Source: Candidatus Marinacidobacterium sp.
Lineage (GTDB): Bacteria; Acidobacteriota; Vicinamibacteria; Marinacidobacterales; Marinacidobacteraceae
Direction of reading: 5' to 3'
NCBI GenBank assembly: GCA_965220965.1
Contig: OZ244852.1
Coordinates: forward strand, 992,001-1,056,000
DNA: 64,000 bases
The notes beneath the pieces are model-generated. The model was not told the origin of the DNA. It saw only the letters and a list, made by a program, of their open reading frames with translations, and ran no database searches. Within the stretch, counting starts at the first letter, position 1. Each line of letters opens with the position of its first letter. Made by a program: the position numbers and the translations under genes. Positions 22,084 to 31,857 of the stretch are shown here, piece by piece.

Positions 22084-23982
22084 CTATCGCCTCCGCAACT
22101 GGGGGGCGATCGCGACGAGCGTCACCGCCGCGCCGGCGAGCCGGACGGTCGGCTCCGGGAACAGCAGAAGGAGCGCGCCGAGTCCCGCCGCCACCCGCGT
22201 CCCCGCGCCGGCCCGGCGCAGGCCGTAGCCGTAGAGCGCGACCGCGAGACCGGCCATCGCCACCAGTCCGCCGGCGAAAGCGAGAACCTGAGCGAGCCCC
22301 GGCGCCGCGCCCTCCGGGGGCAGCAGAGGCGTGTAGGCCATCAGCAGCGGCACGACGAAGAGACCCAGAGCGAGCCGCACCGCCTGCGTCGCCGTCGCCA
22401 TCGGGCGCCCTCCCGCCACCCCGGCGCCGGCGAACGCCGCGAGCGCGATGGGCGGGGTCACGTTCGAGGTCTGCGAGAGCCAGAACAGGATGAGGTGTGC
22501 GGTGAGCAGGGGCACGCCGAGCGCGGTGAGCGACGGCGCAGCCACCACCGCCACCACGATGTAGGCGGCGGTGACCGGGAGTCCCATCCCGAGAATCAGC
22601 GCCACCAGCGCCGACAGGCCGAGCGCCGGGAGCAGTGAGCCCTGGGCCGCTCCGAGAAGGAGTTCCGCGAACTGGAGGCCGACGCCCGTCTGCCCGATCA
22701 CGCCCACCACGATCCCGGCGGCGGCGCAGGCCAGGGAGACCGGGACCGCGGTCACCGCCCCCCGCGCCAGCCCGTCGAGAATCTTTCCGGGCCCCACCCG
22801 GGTGCGGCGCCGGAGCGCTCCGGCGCCCACCACCGCCAGACACCCGGCGGCCCCGACCAGCGGCGGCGAGTAGTTCATGAGCAGCAGCGCGACGACGACC
22901 CCGACCGCGGCGAGGAAGTGCGCCCCCTCGGCGAGCGTCGCAAGGATCGAGGGGCGCGACTCCATCGCCGCGATCCCGCGCCGGACCGAGAGTCCGTGGA
23001 CGAACAGCAGCGTTCCCGCGAAGAAGAGCGCGGCGGGAAGCAAAGAGACGACGACGATCCGGGTGTAGGGGGTGTTCGTCAGCTCGGCCATCAGGAACGC
23101 CCCGGCGCCCATGATCGGCGGCATGAGCTGCCCGCCGGTGGAGGCCGCCGCCTCGATGCCTCCCGATTCCTCCCGGGAGAATCCGAGCCGCTTCATCATG
23201 GGGATCGTCAGCGCGCCGGTGGTCACGGTGTTCGCGATCGCCGATCCGGAGACCGAGCCCATGGCGGCCGACGCCATGACGGCCGCCTTGGCCGGCCCCC
23301 CGCGCGACCGGCCGGCGGCGGCGAAGGCCAGGTGGATGAAGAACCGGCCGCCGCCGGTCGACTCGAGGAGAGCCCCGAAGAGAACGAACACGAAGACCGT
23401 GCTCGACGCGACGCCGATGGGGAGGCCGAACAGTCCGGCGCCGGTGAAGACCTCGAAGCGGACGATGCGCTCCAGCTCGAATCCGCGGTGGGCCAGGAAA
23501 CCGGGGAGATGGGACCCGAAGGCGTTGTAGGCGAGGAAGACCGCCACGACGCCGGTCATGACCGCGCCCACCCGGCGCCGCGTCGCCTCGAGGAGCAGCC
23601 CGAGCAGCAGCGCGCCGGCGGCCAGATCGAGGGGGTCGAGGCCATGGAGGATGTGCCCGATCCCCTGCCGGTCGAACCGGATCACCCAGATCCCCGCCAG
23701 GACCGAGGTTCCGGCGAGCGCCAGGTCGAGAGCTGACGGCCGGAATCCGCGCCGGCCGGCGGAGGACGCCGAGGGAACCAGAAAGCCCAGCGCCAGGATC
23801 CAGGTCAGGTGGATGGGCCTCAGCCACGTCGCGCCGAGGGAGCCGGTAACCGCCTGCCAGAGCTGGAACAGGGAAAGGCCCGCGCCCAGCAGCAGGATCA
23901 GCGTGGGGAGCGGCGGGCGCTCGCCCTCCGGCTGCGGTGGAAGGGCGCTCCCGGGAGCCGGCGCGGCGCCGGAACCGCTCAG
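22084..23982 (-). CDS. TRAP transporter fused permease (4TM/12TM, TAXI type); probable CTG start
   Basis: GGPAKAAV, SGSAIAN, EAAASTGGQLMPPIMGAGAF, ILGMGLP and TPP. The frame stays open 99 codons upstream of the first GTG and encodes more TM helices (LFQLW...RPIHL). Confidence 0.9.
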   Translation of the reverse strand: MSGSGAAPAPGSALPPQPEGERPPLPTLILLLGAGLSLFQLWQAVTGSLGATWLRPIHLTWILALGFLVPSASSAGRRGFRPSALDLALAGTSVLAGIWVIRFDRQGIGHILHGLDPLDLAAGALLLGLLLEATRRRVGAVMTGVVAVFLAYNAFGSHLPGFLAHRGFELERIVRFEVFTGAGLFGLPIGVASSTVFVFVLFGALLESTGGGRFFIHLAFAAAGRSRGGPAKAAVMASAAMGSVSGSAIANTVTTGALTIPMMKRLGFSREESGGIEAAASTGGQLMPPIMGAGAFLMAELTNTPYTRIVVVSLLPAALFFAGTLLFVHGLSVRRGIAAMESRPSILATLAEGAHFLAAVGVVVALLLMNYSPPLVGAAGCLAVVGAGALRRRTRVGPGKILDGLARGAVTAVPVSLACAAAGIVVGVIGQTGVGLQFAELLLGAAQGSLLPALGLSALVALILGMGLPVTAAYIVVAVVAAPSLTALGVPLLTAHLILFWLSQTSNVTPPIALAAFAGAGVAGGRPMATATQAVRLALGLFVVPLLMAYTPLLPPEGAAPGLAQVLAFAGGLVAMAGLAVALYGYGLRRAGAGTRVAAGLGALLLLFPEPTVRLAGAAVTLVAIAPQLRRR

Positions 23983-24944
23983 GGCGGCCCCTCCCGACGC
24001 GCCGCCCGGGCCTCCTCGTAGAAGGCCTGGGCCCCGGGGTGGAGGGGCAGGCTCCCCACCTCGGGGACGCTGTCGAGGCGCAGGAAGTCGGCGTTCCGGG
24101 TGACGCTGCGGAACTCCTCGCGTCCGGCGAGCAGCGAGCGCGCGAATCCGTGGGCGATGTCGCGCGGGAGGTCCCGGTGCACGAAGAGGAGGTTCCAGAG
24201 CGATGGAGTCAGCGTGGGCTCGTCCACCCCGCGATAGACCCCGGGGGGCACTTCAATGCCCTGATAGGCGGGGTTGTCGGCCTCGATGGCGGCGATCTCT
24301 TCGGGCGTGAACGGGACCAGCACCAGATCCCTCGTGAGGCCGAGCTCCACAACGGACGCCACCCCGAGGCCGGCGGCGAGGAACACCGCGTCGAGCGCGC
24401 CGTCCTTGAGTCCGTTGATGCTCTGGTTGTAGTTCATCTGCCGCACCCGGATATCGGATTCGGCGATGCCCAACGCGCGCAGCACGTTCCGCGCTGTGAC
24501 CTCGTTGCCCGAACCCGGGGGCCCCACCGACACCCTTGCGCCGCGCAGGTCCTCCACCGACTGCACGCCGCGCCCCGCCACGCTGAGCAGATGCACGATG
24601 TTGGGATACACCCGGCCCAGCACCCGGAGCGGAAGGGGCTCCGGGAAGCGCCCGGCGCCCCGGAAGGCGTCGGAGACCGCGTCCGCCTGGCCGAAGCCGA
24701 TGTCGCTCTCTCCCTTCGCCACCTGGATCAGGTTGGTGACCGACCCGGCGCTCACCTCGGCGCGCACCACGACTCCGGGCACGTCCCGGGTCCACCGGCT
24801 CGCCACCGCGCCGCCCAGCGGGTAGTAGATCCCGGCGGTGGTCCCGGTCGCGAGCGCCATCGGCCGCGGCCGGTCGTCGGCGCAGCCGGCGATGAGCGCG
24901 GCAAGGGCCAGCGCAGGCGCCAGACGCCCCCGGGAGCCCCGCAT
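23979..24944 (-). CDS. TAXI family TRAP substrate-binding lipoprotein
   Basis: Lipobox LIAGC; ATGTTAGIYYPLG, SAGSVTN, VSVGPPGSG and PLHPGA..FYEE. Confidence 0.93.
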   Translation of the reverse strand: MRGSRGRLAPALALAALIAGCADDRPRPMALATGTTAGIYYPLGGAVASRWTRDVPGVVVRAEVSAGSVTNLIQVAKGESDIGFGQADAVSDAFRGAGRFPEPLPLRVLGRVYPNIVHLLSVAGRGVQSVEDLRGARVSVGPPGSGNEVTARNVLRALGIAESDIRVRQMNYNQSINGLKDGALDAVFLAAGLGVASVVELGLTRDLVLVPFTPEEIAAIEADNPAYQGIEVPPGVYRGVDEPTLTPSLWNLLFVHRDLPRDIAHGFARSLLAGREEFRSVTRNADFLRLDSVPEVGSLPLHPGAQAFYEEARAARREGPP

Positions 24945-24981
24945 CCGGCCGATGGTACCCGGCCCTCGCGCTGACGACGGA

Positions 24982-27711
24982 TCAGGAACCAGCCGACGGC
25001 TCCTCCCGGTTCAGCCGCCGGCGGAGCCGATAGAGCAGATCCAGCGCATCGCGGGGCGTGAGACGGTCCGGGTCGATGCTCCGGATCTCCCGGGCGACGG
25101 CGGTTTCGAGCGGCGCCGGCCCCGGGTCGCTTCGCGGCGCGTCCTCCGCCGGCGTCTCGAGCCCGCTGGAGTTCGCGGCGAGCCCGTCCAGAACCTCCCG
25201 GGCGCGGCGGACCACCGCATCCGGGACCCCGGCGAGGCGCGCCACCTGGATCCCGTAGCTGCGGGGGTTGCCTCCCGGCGCGACCCGCCGGAGGAAGGCG
25301 ATCGTGTCGGCGTGCTCGCGCGCTTCCACGTGGAGGTTCACGACCCCCGGCTCGCGTTCCGCGAGTTCGGTGAGCTCGTGGTAGTGGGTGGCAAAGAGCG
25401 TCTTCATGCGCAGGGAGGGGGAGCGGGCGATGTGCTCCACGACCGCCCAGGCGAGCGAAAGCCCGTCCCACGTCGCGGTGCCCCGTCCCACCTCGTCCAG
25501 CAGCACGAGGCTCCTCGAGGTGGCGTGGTGAAGGATGTGCGCCGTTTCCTCCATCTCGGTCAGGAAGGTGGAGCGTCCCCGCGAGAGATCATCCGAAGCC
25601 CCCACCCGGGCGAACACCCGATCCACCAGCGGCAGGCGGGCCCGTTCCGCGGGCGCGAACGAACCCGCCTGCGCCATCACCACATGGAGCGCCGTCTGGC
25701 GGAGGAAGGTCGACTTCCCGCCCATGTTGGGCCCCGTCAGGACGACGAGGAACCGGTCCGAGGCGAGCGACAGGTCGTTCGGAACGAACGCGTCCTCGGT
25801 GAGCGTTTCCACCACCGGATGCCGCCCGCCCCGCACCTCGAGGTCGTAGCCGGCATGCATTTCGGGCCGCACATAGCCGCGGGAGGCGGCCAGCGCGGCG
25901 AATCCGACCGCCACGTCCACCTCGGCGAGCGCGCCCGCCCGTTCGAGCAGCTCGGCGCCCGCCGCGCTGACGTGATCCTCGAGCTCGCGGAACAGGTCCG
26001 CCTCGAGCGCCGCGATGCGCTCCTCGGCGGTCGCCACCCGGGATTCGAACTCGCGGAGTTCCTCGGTGACGAAGCGCTCCGCGTTGAGCAGGGTCTGCCG
26101 CCGGTGGTAGTGCTCCGGAACCCGGTCGGCGAACGCCTTGCTTACCTCGATCGTGTACCCGAACACCTTGTTGTAGCGAACCTTCAGCGAGGCGATTCCC
26201 GTCCGGTCGCGCTCTCTCACCTCGACGCCCCGGATCGTCTCCCGGACATCGCGCCGCAACCGCCTCAGATCGTCGAGCTCGGGGGACACCCCCTCGCGGA
26301 TCACGCCCCCCTCACGAGCGAGGGTCGGCGCGTCGGGCGCCACCGTGGCCTCGATCCGGCTCGCGATCTCGGGAAGCGGATCCAGCCGCTCCCGTAGCTC
26401 GCGAAGCTCCGCCGCGGTCGCTGGCGCGAGCGCCTCCCGGAGTCTTCCGGCGGCGCGCAGCGCCGAAACGATGCGCAGGTGCTCCCGGGGCCCGGCGACC
26501 CGCAGCGCCGCCCTCGAGGCGAGCCGCTCCAGATCGGGGCAGTTGGCGAGAGCGGCCCCCGCATCCTCCCGCAGGCTCCGCGCTTCCAGAAGGTTCTCGA
26601 CCGACTCGTGGCGCCGTTCGATGGGCGCCTGCTCCACGAGCGGCTGCGCCAGCCGCCGGCGCAGCAGCCGGGCCCCCATCGCGGTCGCGGTGCGATCCAG
26701 CGTCCGGACCAGGGTGGCGTCGCGCGCCGAGGCGGCCGGGTCCGGCGAGAGCGGCTGGAACAGCTCCAGATTGCGCTGGGTCACCGCGTCGAGGACCATC
26801 CGGCGCGTGTCGTCGAGGCGCTTCAGCCGGACCAGGTGGCGAACCTGGCTCCGCTGGGTTTCCGCCAGATAGGTCACCGCCGCTCCGGCGGCGGCGATCG
26901 CGGCCGGCGAGCCCTCGACCCCGAACGACTCGAGCGACGCCGTCCGGAAGTGCCGGAGCAGGGCCTCCCGGGCGTGATCGGGTTCGAACCAGAACCCGGG
27001 GCGGAACGTGCAGACCGGCTCGTCGCCGGGGGCCGGCGGCCGGAGGTCCGGGGGAGAGCCCTCGGCGAGCAGGAGCTCGCGGGGGCGAAAGGAGGCGGCG
27101 GCCTCGGCGAGGTCGCGGCGCCGGGTGGAGGACGCGAACTCGGCTGCGGTGAAGTCGCCGGTCGAGAGGTCCACCCAGGCGGCGCCGAGGCGGGGTTCGC
27201 GTCCGGCGTCGAGCTCCGCGATCGCCATCAGGTAGGCCGCCTCCGCCCCGTCGAGGTAGGCGGGGTCGAGCCAGGTGGCGGGCGTCGCCACCCGGACGAT
27301 CTCGCGCCGCACCGGCCCCTTCGACCTGCCGGCCGGCTCCACCTGATCGCAGACGGCGACGCGGAGGCCCGCGCGCACCAGCCGCGCGATGTAGGTCTCG
27401 GCGGCGTGCCACGGCACCCCGGCCATCGGAATCGGGACGCCGTGTTCGTCCTTCTGGCGCGACGAGACGGCGATGTTCAGGATCTCCGCCGCCTTCGTCG
27501 CATCCTCGTAGAAGACCTCGTAGAAGTCCCCCATCCGGAAGAACAGCAGCGCGTCCCCGGCCTCCCGCTTCAGCTCGAGGTATTGCCGCATTGCGGGCGA
27601 CGCGCCGCCGGCGCGGCGGGCGGCTCGCGGCGGCCGGCGACGGGGCTCCTCCGGCGACGCCTCGGCGGGTCGCTTTCCCACCGGGAAGAGGCGCAGCGGG
27701 ACGGACTCCAC
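24982..27711 (-). CDS. mutS: DNA mismatch repair protein MutS
   Basis: PAMRQY, FFRMGDFYEVF, TGPNMGGKST, STFLTEM, DEVGRGT, ATHYHEL and SYGIQVA. Confidence 0.97.
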   Translation of the reverse strand: MESVPLRLFPVGKRPAEASPEEPRRRPPRAARRAGGASPAMRQYLELKREAGDALLFFRMGDFYEVFYEDATKAAEILNIAVSSRQKDEHGVPIPMAGVPWHAAETYIARLVRAGLRVAVCDQVEPAGRSKGPVRREIVRVATPATWLDPAYLDGAEAAYLMAIAELDAGREPRLGAAWVDLSTGDFTAAEFASSTRRRDLAEAAASFRPRELLLAEGSPPDLRPPAPGDEPVCTFRPGFWFEPDHAREALLRHFRTASLESFGVEGSPAAIAAAGAAVTYLAETQRSQVRHLVRLKRLDDTRRMVLDAVTQRNLELFQPLSPDPAASARDATLVRTLDRTATAMGARLLRRRLAQPLVEQAPIERRHESVENLLEARSLREDAGAALANCPDLERLASRAALRVAGPREHLRIVSALRAAGRLREALAPATAAELRELRERLDPLPEIASRIEATVAPDAPTLAREGGVIREGVSPELDDLRRLRRDVRETIRGVEVRERDRTGIASLKVRYNKVFGYTIEVSKAFADRVPEHYHRRQTLLNAERFVTEELREFESRVATAEERIAALEADLFRELEDHVSAAGAELLERAGALAEVDVAVGFAALAASRGYVRPEMHAGYDLEVRGGRHPVVETLTEDAFVPNDLSLASDRFLVVLTGPNMGGKSTFLRQTALHVVMAQAGSFAPAERARLPLVDRVFARVGASDDLSRGRSTFLTEMEETAHILHHATSRSLVLLDEVGRGTATWDGLSLAWAVVEHIARSPSLRMKTLFATHYHELTELAEREPGVVNLHVEAREHADTIAFLRRVAPGGNPRSYGIQVARLAGVPDAVVRRAREVLDGLAANSSGLETPAEDAPRSDPGPAPLETAVAREIRSIDPDRLTPRDALDLLYRLRRRLNREEPSAGS

Positions 27712-27798
27712 GGCGAACGATGCTACCTACCTCGCCACGGAGCCCCCAACGGCCTAGAGTGTTCAGGCTAGAGCCCTTCGCGGGAGGCCTCCGGATCC

Positions 27799-28203
27799 AT
27801 GTTCCTCACCCTGCTCCTCGTCACGTTCGGCATCGCCCTGTCGGTGTCGCTCGCCGTCGTCCATCTCTTCGACCGCTCCATCGCCTCGATTCTGGAGAAG
27901 ATCGTGACCGCGGAGCTGAGCGTCGCCTGGTGTCGCTACATCCGTTTCGCCGCGGTCGTGGTGGGCGTGTCCGGCGGCGTCCGCATCCGCGAACTGGAGC
28001 GCTACGTCTCGGCGCCTGACCAGGACCGGGACATTCTCGCGCTGAACGCGGACCGCTGGACGCTCGAGGTCTACCGCACCGTCATCGAGACGCTCCAGTC
28101 GATCGCCTGGATGCTGCTGGTGGTCTTCGTGGTGGCGCTGATCGCGTACGTCCTGTCCCGCGGCTTCGCCCTGCGCCACCGGACTCCTTCGGGGGAGCGG
28201 TAG
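27799..28203 (+). CDS. Hypothetical membrane protein (about 3 TM helices)
   Basis: GC3-biased ORF with three hydrophobic segments, ATG start and an upstream GGGAGG. Confidence 0.8.
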   Translation: MFLTLLLVTFGIALSVSLAVVHLFDRSIASILEKIVTAELSVAWCRYIRFAAVVVGVSGGVRIRELERYVSAPDQDRDILALNADRWTLEVYRTVIETLQSIAWMLLVVFVVALIAYVLSRGFALRHRTPSGER

Positions 28204-28208
28204 GACAA

Positions 28209-29000
28209 GTGTCAGCGGCCCCGAAGGGCCGGGTTCTCGCCTTCGACACCACCGGCGCGCTCGGCGGAGTCGCGCTGTTCGATCCGCGGCATCCCGAGGC
28301 CGATCTCGTCGAGACCTTTGGCCCTTCCCGGATGCACTCGGCGCGGCTTCTGCCATCGGTCCGGTCGGTTCTGGAACGGTCCGCAACCGGCGCCGAGGGG
28401 GACAGCCCCCGGGCGGCGGGCGCTCGCCTCTCGCTCATCGCCGCCACCCGCGGGCCGGGATCCTTCACCGGCCTTCGGGTCGGACTCGCCACCCTTCATG
28501 GCCTCGGGCTGGCGCTCGAGGTTCCCCTCGCGGGGGTGTCGAGTCTGGAGGCCGCGGCGCTCGCGGATTTCCTGTCAGATCAAGCGCTCATGAGGCGACT
28601 CGCGCTCGTGGACGCGCTTCGCGGCGAGGTCTTCGCCGCCGTCTTTGGCGACCGGCCCGGGGGCCCGCTACACCCGGCCGGCGCTCCCGCGGGCGGGCCC
28701 TGGGTCATCCGCCCGGAGGATGTCGGACCACTGGCGCGGCGGGAAGGCGTCACCCGCGTCTGCGGTCCGGGGGCGGCGCGCTACGCCGACCGCATCCGCT
28801 CAAGCCTCGACCGGGCCGGGGCGCGCAGCGCCGCATTGGCTCGCGAACCGGTCCCCCTCGCTTCGGCCGCGGCCCGGCTGGGCGCGGCGATGCGGGATCA
28901 CGATCCGAAGGCGCTCCCGGCGAGCGTTGCTCCCGAGTATCTGCGCGATCCGGACATCCACGGCGACCCGCCCGCGGCCGCTAGTCCACCGGGCAGATGA
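28209..29000 (+). CDS. tsaB: tRNA threonylcarbamoyladenosine biosynthesis protein TsaB
   Basis: LAFDTT, HSARLLP, GPGSFTGLRVG, GVSSLEA, DALRGEVF and PEYLR. Confidence 0.92.
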   Translation: MSAAPKGRVLAFDTTGALGGVALFDPRHPEADLVETFGPSRMHSARLLPSVRSVLERSATGAEGDSPRAAGARLSLIAATRGPGSFTGLRVGLATLHGLGLALEVPLAGVSSLEAAALADFLSDQALMRRLALVDALRGEVFAAVFGDRPGGPLHPAGAPAGGPWVIRPEDVGPLARREGVTRVCGPGAARYADRIRSSLDRAGARSAALAREPVPLASAAARLGAAMRDHDPKALPASVAPEYLRDPDIHGDPPAAASPPGR

Positions 29001-29051
29001 GGGCCCTGTCCCAGGCGCTGCGGCGACCCGTCGCCGGCTGTCACGCTCCTG

Positions 29052-29075
29052 TAATCTAGGGTCCTCCCGAGGAGG
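29052..29075 (+). promoter_or_regulatory. Putative -10 element (TAATCT) and Shine-Dalgarno (AGGAGG) for the DUF465 gene
   Basis: TAATCT at 29052-29057 and AGGAGG at 29070-29075, upstream of ATG 29081. Confidence 0.5.
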
Positions 29076-29080
29076 AACCC

Positions 29081-29302
29081 ATGGTCACCGACCCGGTCGA
29101 TTCCGAGTCCCCGGCCCGCGCCGGGGACCAGCAGACCCGTCTCGAAGCGCTCATCCGCCAGCATCGGGAGCTCGACGAGCAACTCAGGGAAATGTCCCGG
29201 CGACGCGGGCTCTCGGCGGCGGAGGAGATGGAGGCGGCCATGATGAAGAAGCGCAAGCTGTGGCTGAAGGACCAGATCGCCGCGCTCTCCTCCTCCGGTT
29301 GA
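29081..29302 (+). CDS. DUF465 (YdcH-like) small coiled-coil protein
   Basis: L..QHRELDEQL...MKKRKLWLKDQI pattern and a strong SD. Confidence 0.85.
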   Translation: MVTDPVDSESPARAGDQQTRLEALIRQHRELDEQLREMSRRRGLSAAEEMEAAMMKKRKLWLKDQIAALSSSG

Positions 29303-29399
29303 ACGCGCGGTCAACCGGCGCTCCCATCCGCTGCGGGGCGCTTCCGGCGGCGGCGGCCGGGACGCTGCGGCGCGTTCCCGGGGGAGGGTCGGATCGACG

Positions 29400-30047
29400 A
29401 TGAGAATCCCGCTGGACCCTGACGCCCGGGTCTTCGTGGCGGCGCCGCTGGCCGGAGCGCTCGTTCTGGCCGGCCTCGCCCACTGGGGCGGTTTCCCGGC
29501 GCTCTTCGGACTCGCCGGGCTGCTGGCGGCCGCGGCGGTCTTCTGCGTCTTCTTCTTCCGCGATCCGGAGCGCGTCCCCGACGGCGGCGAGGACGCGGTC
29601 CTGGCGCCAGCCGACGGCCGGGTGACCGACGCGGCGCCGGTGGCGCCAGGCGGCGAACTCCGGGTCAGCATCTTCCTGTCGGTCTTCAACGTGCACGTCA
29701 ACCGCTCCCCGGTCGCGGGGACGGTGAGCGCATTGCGCTACCGGAAGGGCGAGTTCCGGGCGGCGTTCCGCAAGGACGCGGCGCAGCGGAACGAGAGCAA
29801 CGAACTCGTTCTGACGACGCCGCACGGCGACGTGACGGTTCGCCAGATCGTGGGCGTGCTGGCGCGGCGGATCGTCTGCCGGGTCCGACGGGGGGACCGG
29901 CTGGAGCGCGGTCAGCGCTTCGGGCTGATGCGTTTCGGATCCCGGACCGACGTCATCCTGCCCCCGGGCTTCTCGCTCGCGGTCCGCCCCGGAGACCGGG
30001 TTCGGGGCGGGAAGACCGTCATCGCCCGGCTCACGGCGGAACCATGA
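29400..30047 (+). CDS. psd: Phosphatidylserine decarboxylase proenzyme (short type)
   Basis: FFRDPER, APADG, SIFLSVFNVHVNRSP, NESN and the RFGSR self-cleavage site. Confidence 0.95.
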   Translation: MRIPLDPDARVFVAAPLAGALVLAGLAHWGGFPALFGLAGLLAAAAVFCVFFFRDPERVPDGGEDAVLAPADGRVTDAAPVAPGGELRVSIFLSVFNVHVNRSPVAGTVSALRYRKGEFRAAFRKDAAQRNESNELVLTTPHGDVTVRQIVGVLARRIVCRVRRGDRLERGQRFGLMRFGSRTDVILPPGFSLAVRPGDRVRGGKTVIARLTAEP

Positions 30048-30865
30048 AGCTGGAGAAGGGGCTCCGCAGCCGCTTCGGCCGAAAGGATCGGCGGGCTAAG
30101 TCCGGCCTGCGGACCAGGCGCGGGGTCTTCCTCCTCCCCAGCCTCTTTACCGTCGCCAATATCTTTCTGGGGTTCTTCTCGATCGCCCGGAGCCTCGACG
30201 GCGAATTCGCCGCCGCCGCGCTCGCCATCGGCTTCGCGATCCTGGCGGACCTGGTCGACGGCCGCGTGGCGCGATTCGCGGATGCCGCCAGCGAGTTCGG
30301 CCGCGAACTCGACTCGCTCGCCGACATGAGCTCGTTCGGCGTTGCGCCGGCCGTCCTCCTCTACGCCTGGGCCCTCCACGAGCTTCCCCGGACCGGCTGG
30401 CTGGTCGCGGCCCTGTTCGCGGTCTGCGCCGGCGTGCGGCTCGCCCGCTTCAACGTGGGCCGGCTCACCTCCGACAGCGGCTTCTACACCGGTCTGTCGA
30501 CCCCGGCGGCGGCCGCCCTGGTGGGCGCCGTGGTGTTCTGGCGCCCGGACCCGCTTCCGCCGGGAACGCTGTCTGTGGTCTGCATGTTCGGCGCGCTCCT
30601 GCTGGCGCTGCTGATGAACAGCCCGATCCCCTACCGGAGCTTCAAGGGCCTGGGTGGTCGCCGCGCCGACTCGTGGCGCACCGTGCTGGTGGTGGCGGTG
30701 GTCATCGTCGCGACCCTCGCCGAACCGGTCTTCATGTACCTGTTCCTTTCGATCGGCTACGCCGTACAGCCGGCGCTGTCGGGACTGGCGCGCGCGCTTC
30801 GCGGCCGGCGCCGTCGCGCCTCCGAAGAGACACCCGTCGCCGGGCCACGCCCGGACTCGCCCTGA
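30044..30865 (+). CDS. pssA: CDP-diacylglycerol--serine O-phosphatidyltransferase
   Basis: LLPSLFT, DLVDGRVAR...FGRELDSLADMSSFGVAPA and RLARFN; follows psd. Confidence 0.94.
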   Translation: MKLEKGLRSRFGRKDRRAKSGLRTRRGVFLLPSLFTVANIFLGFFSIARSLDGEFAAAALAIGFAILADLVDGRVARFADAASEFGRELDSLADMSSFGVAPAVLLYAWALHELPRTGWLVAALFAVCAGVRLARFNVGRLTSDSGFYTGLSTPAAAALVGAVVFWRPDPLPPGTLSVVCMFGALLLALLMNSPIPYRSFKGLGGRRADSWRTVLVVAVVIVATLAEPVFMYLFLSIGYAVQPALSGLARALRGRRRRASEETPVAGPRPDSP

Positions 30866-31857
30866 AGACCCTTCGGCGGCCTCCGCTCGGGGGCGGGGCG
30901 CTGCGCGCCCTCGCCGCCGCGGCGGCCATCCTGGCGTCCGGTTGCGCCGCGCCGGCCGACCCGGAGGCGTTTCCGGCCCGGCCGCTGGAAATCGTCTCCT
31001 GGGCCACGCCCGGCGGGCCCAGCGACCTGCTGGCGCGCGCCCTCGCCCGGGCGGCCCCTCCCCACTTCGACGGCCAGCGCTTCCTGGTGGTGACCCGGCA
31101 GGGCGGGGCGGGGGCCGTGGGCATGCAGTACCTGACCCGCCAGGCGGGGGATCCTCACGTCCTCGGAGTCTTCACCGCCAGCGGAACGGTCAACATGGCG
31201 ACCGGGAGGATCCCCTTCACGCCTTCCGACTTCACGCCCATCCTTCGCATCCAGCGTGATCCGTTCCTCGTCGCGGTGCGCGACGACAGCCCCTTCGCAG
31301 ACCTCGAGGCCCTGATGCGGGCGTCGCGATCCCGGCCGGGCGAAGTCTCGGTGTCCGGCTTCGGGGCGGCCTCGGCGCACTTCCTCGGCTTCGCCCGGCT
31401 CCGGGCGGCGGCGGGGGATCCGGACATCCGCTGGATCGCGTACGAGGGTTCCCAGGACGCCGTGGTGGCGGCGCTCGGGGGACACACTGACGCCGCCCAC
31501 ACGAACTACAACATCGTGCGCGAGCATCTCCGCGCGGGCTCGATGCGCGTGCTCGCTTCGGCGCTCCCGCTTCGCGCCCTCGACGGGGTCCCGAGCTATG
31601 CCGACCTCGGCTACGAGCTCTCCCCCATGCATTGGAGGGGCGTCGTGGGCCCGCCGGGGCTCTCTCCCGGGATCCAGGCCGACCTGCGGCGGCGATTGCT
31701 GGCGGTGATCCGGTCGCCGGACTTCCTCGAATACATGGAGCGCGCCGCCATGGAAGAGGCGGTCATGGAGAGTCCGGACGCGTTCGGCGCCTGGATGGAA
31801 TCGGAGGTCGCGGCGAGCCGCGACCTGCTTCGTGGTCTCGGGCTCTTCCGGGAGTAG
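30862..31857 (+). CDS. tctC: Tripartite tricarboxylate transporter substrate-binding lipoprotein (TctC/Bug); probable CTG start
   Basis: Lipobox ILASGC; FPARPLEIV..ATPGGPSDLLAR, GGAGAVG, YEGS and AALGGH. Confidence 0.88.
   Translation: MKTLRRPPLGGGALRALAAAAAILASGCAAPADPEAFPARPLEIVSWATPGGPSDLLARALARAAPPHFDGQRFLVVTRQGGAGAVGMQYLTRQAGDPHVLGVFTASGTVNMATGRIPFTPSDFTPILRIQRDPFLVAVRDDSPFADLEALMRASRSRPGEVSVSGFGAASAHFLGFARLRAAAGDPDIRWIAYEGSQDAVVAALGGHTDAAHTNYNIVREHLRAGSMRVLASALPLRALDGVPSYADLGYELSPMHWRGVVGPPGLSPGIQADLRRRLLAVIRSPDFLEYMERAAMEEAVMESPDAFGAWMESEVAASRDLLRGLGLFRE

Noticed and set aside
29295-29318. Inverted repeat CCGGTTGA-N8-TCAACCGG over the DUF465 stop
   Set aside because: It could be a weak terminator or operator, but it has no U-tract and no second copy; support is insufficient.
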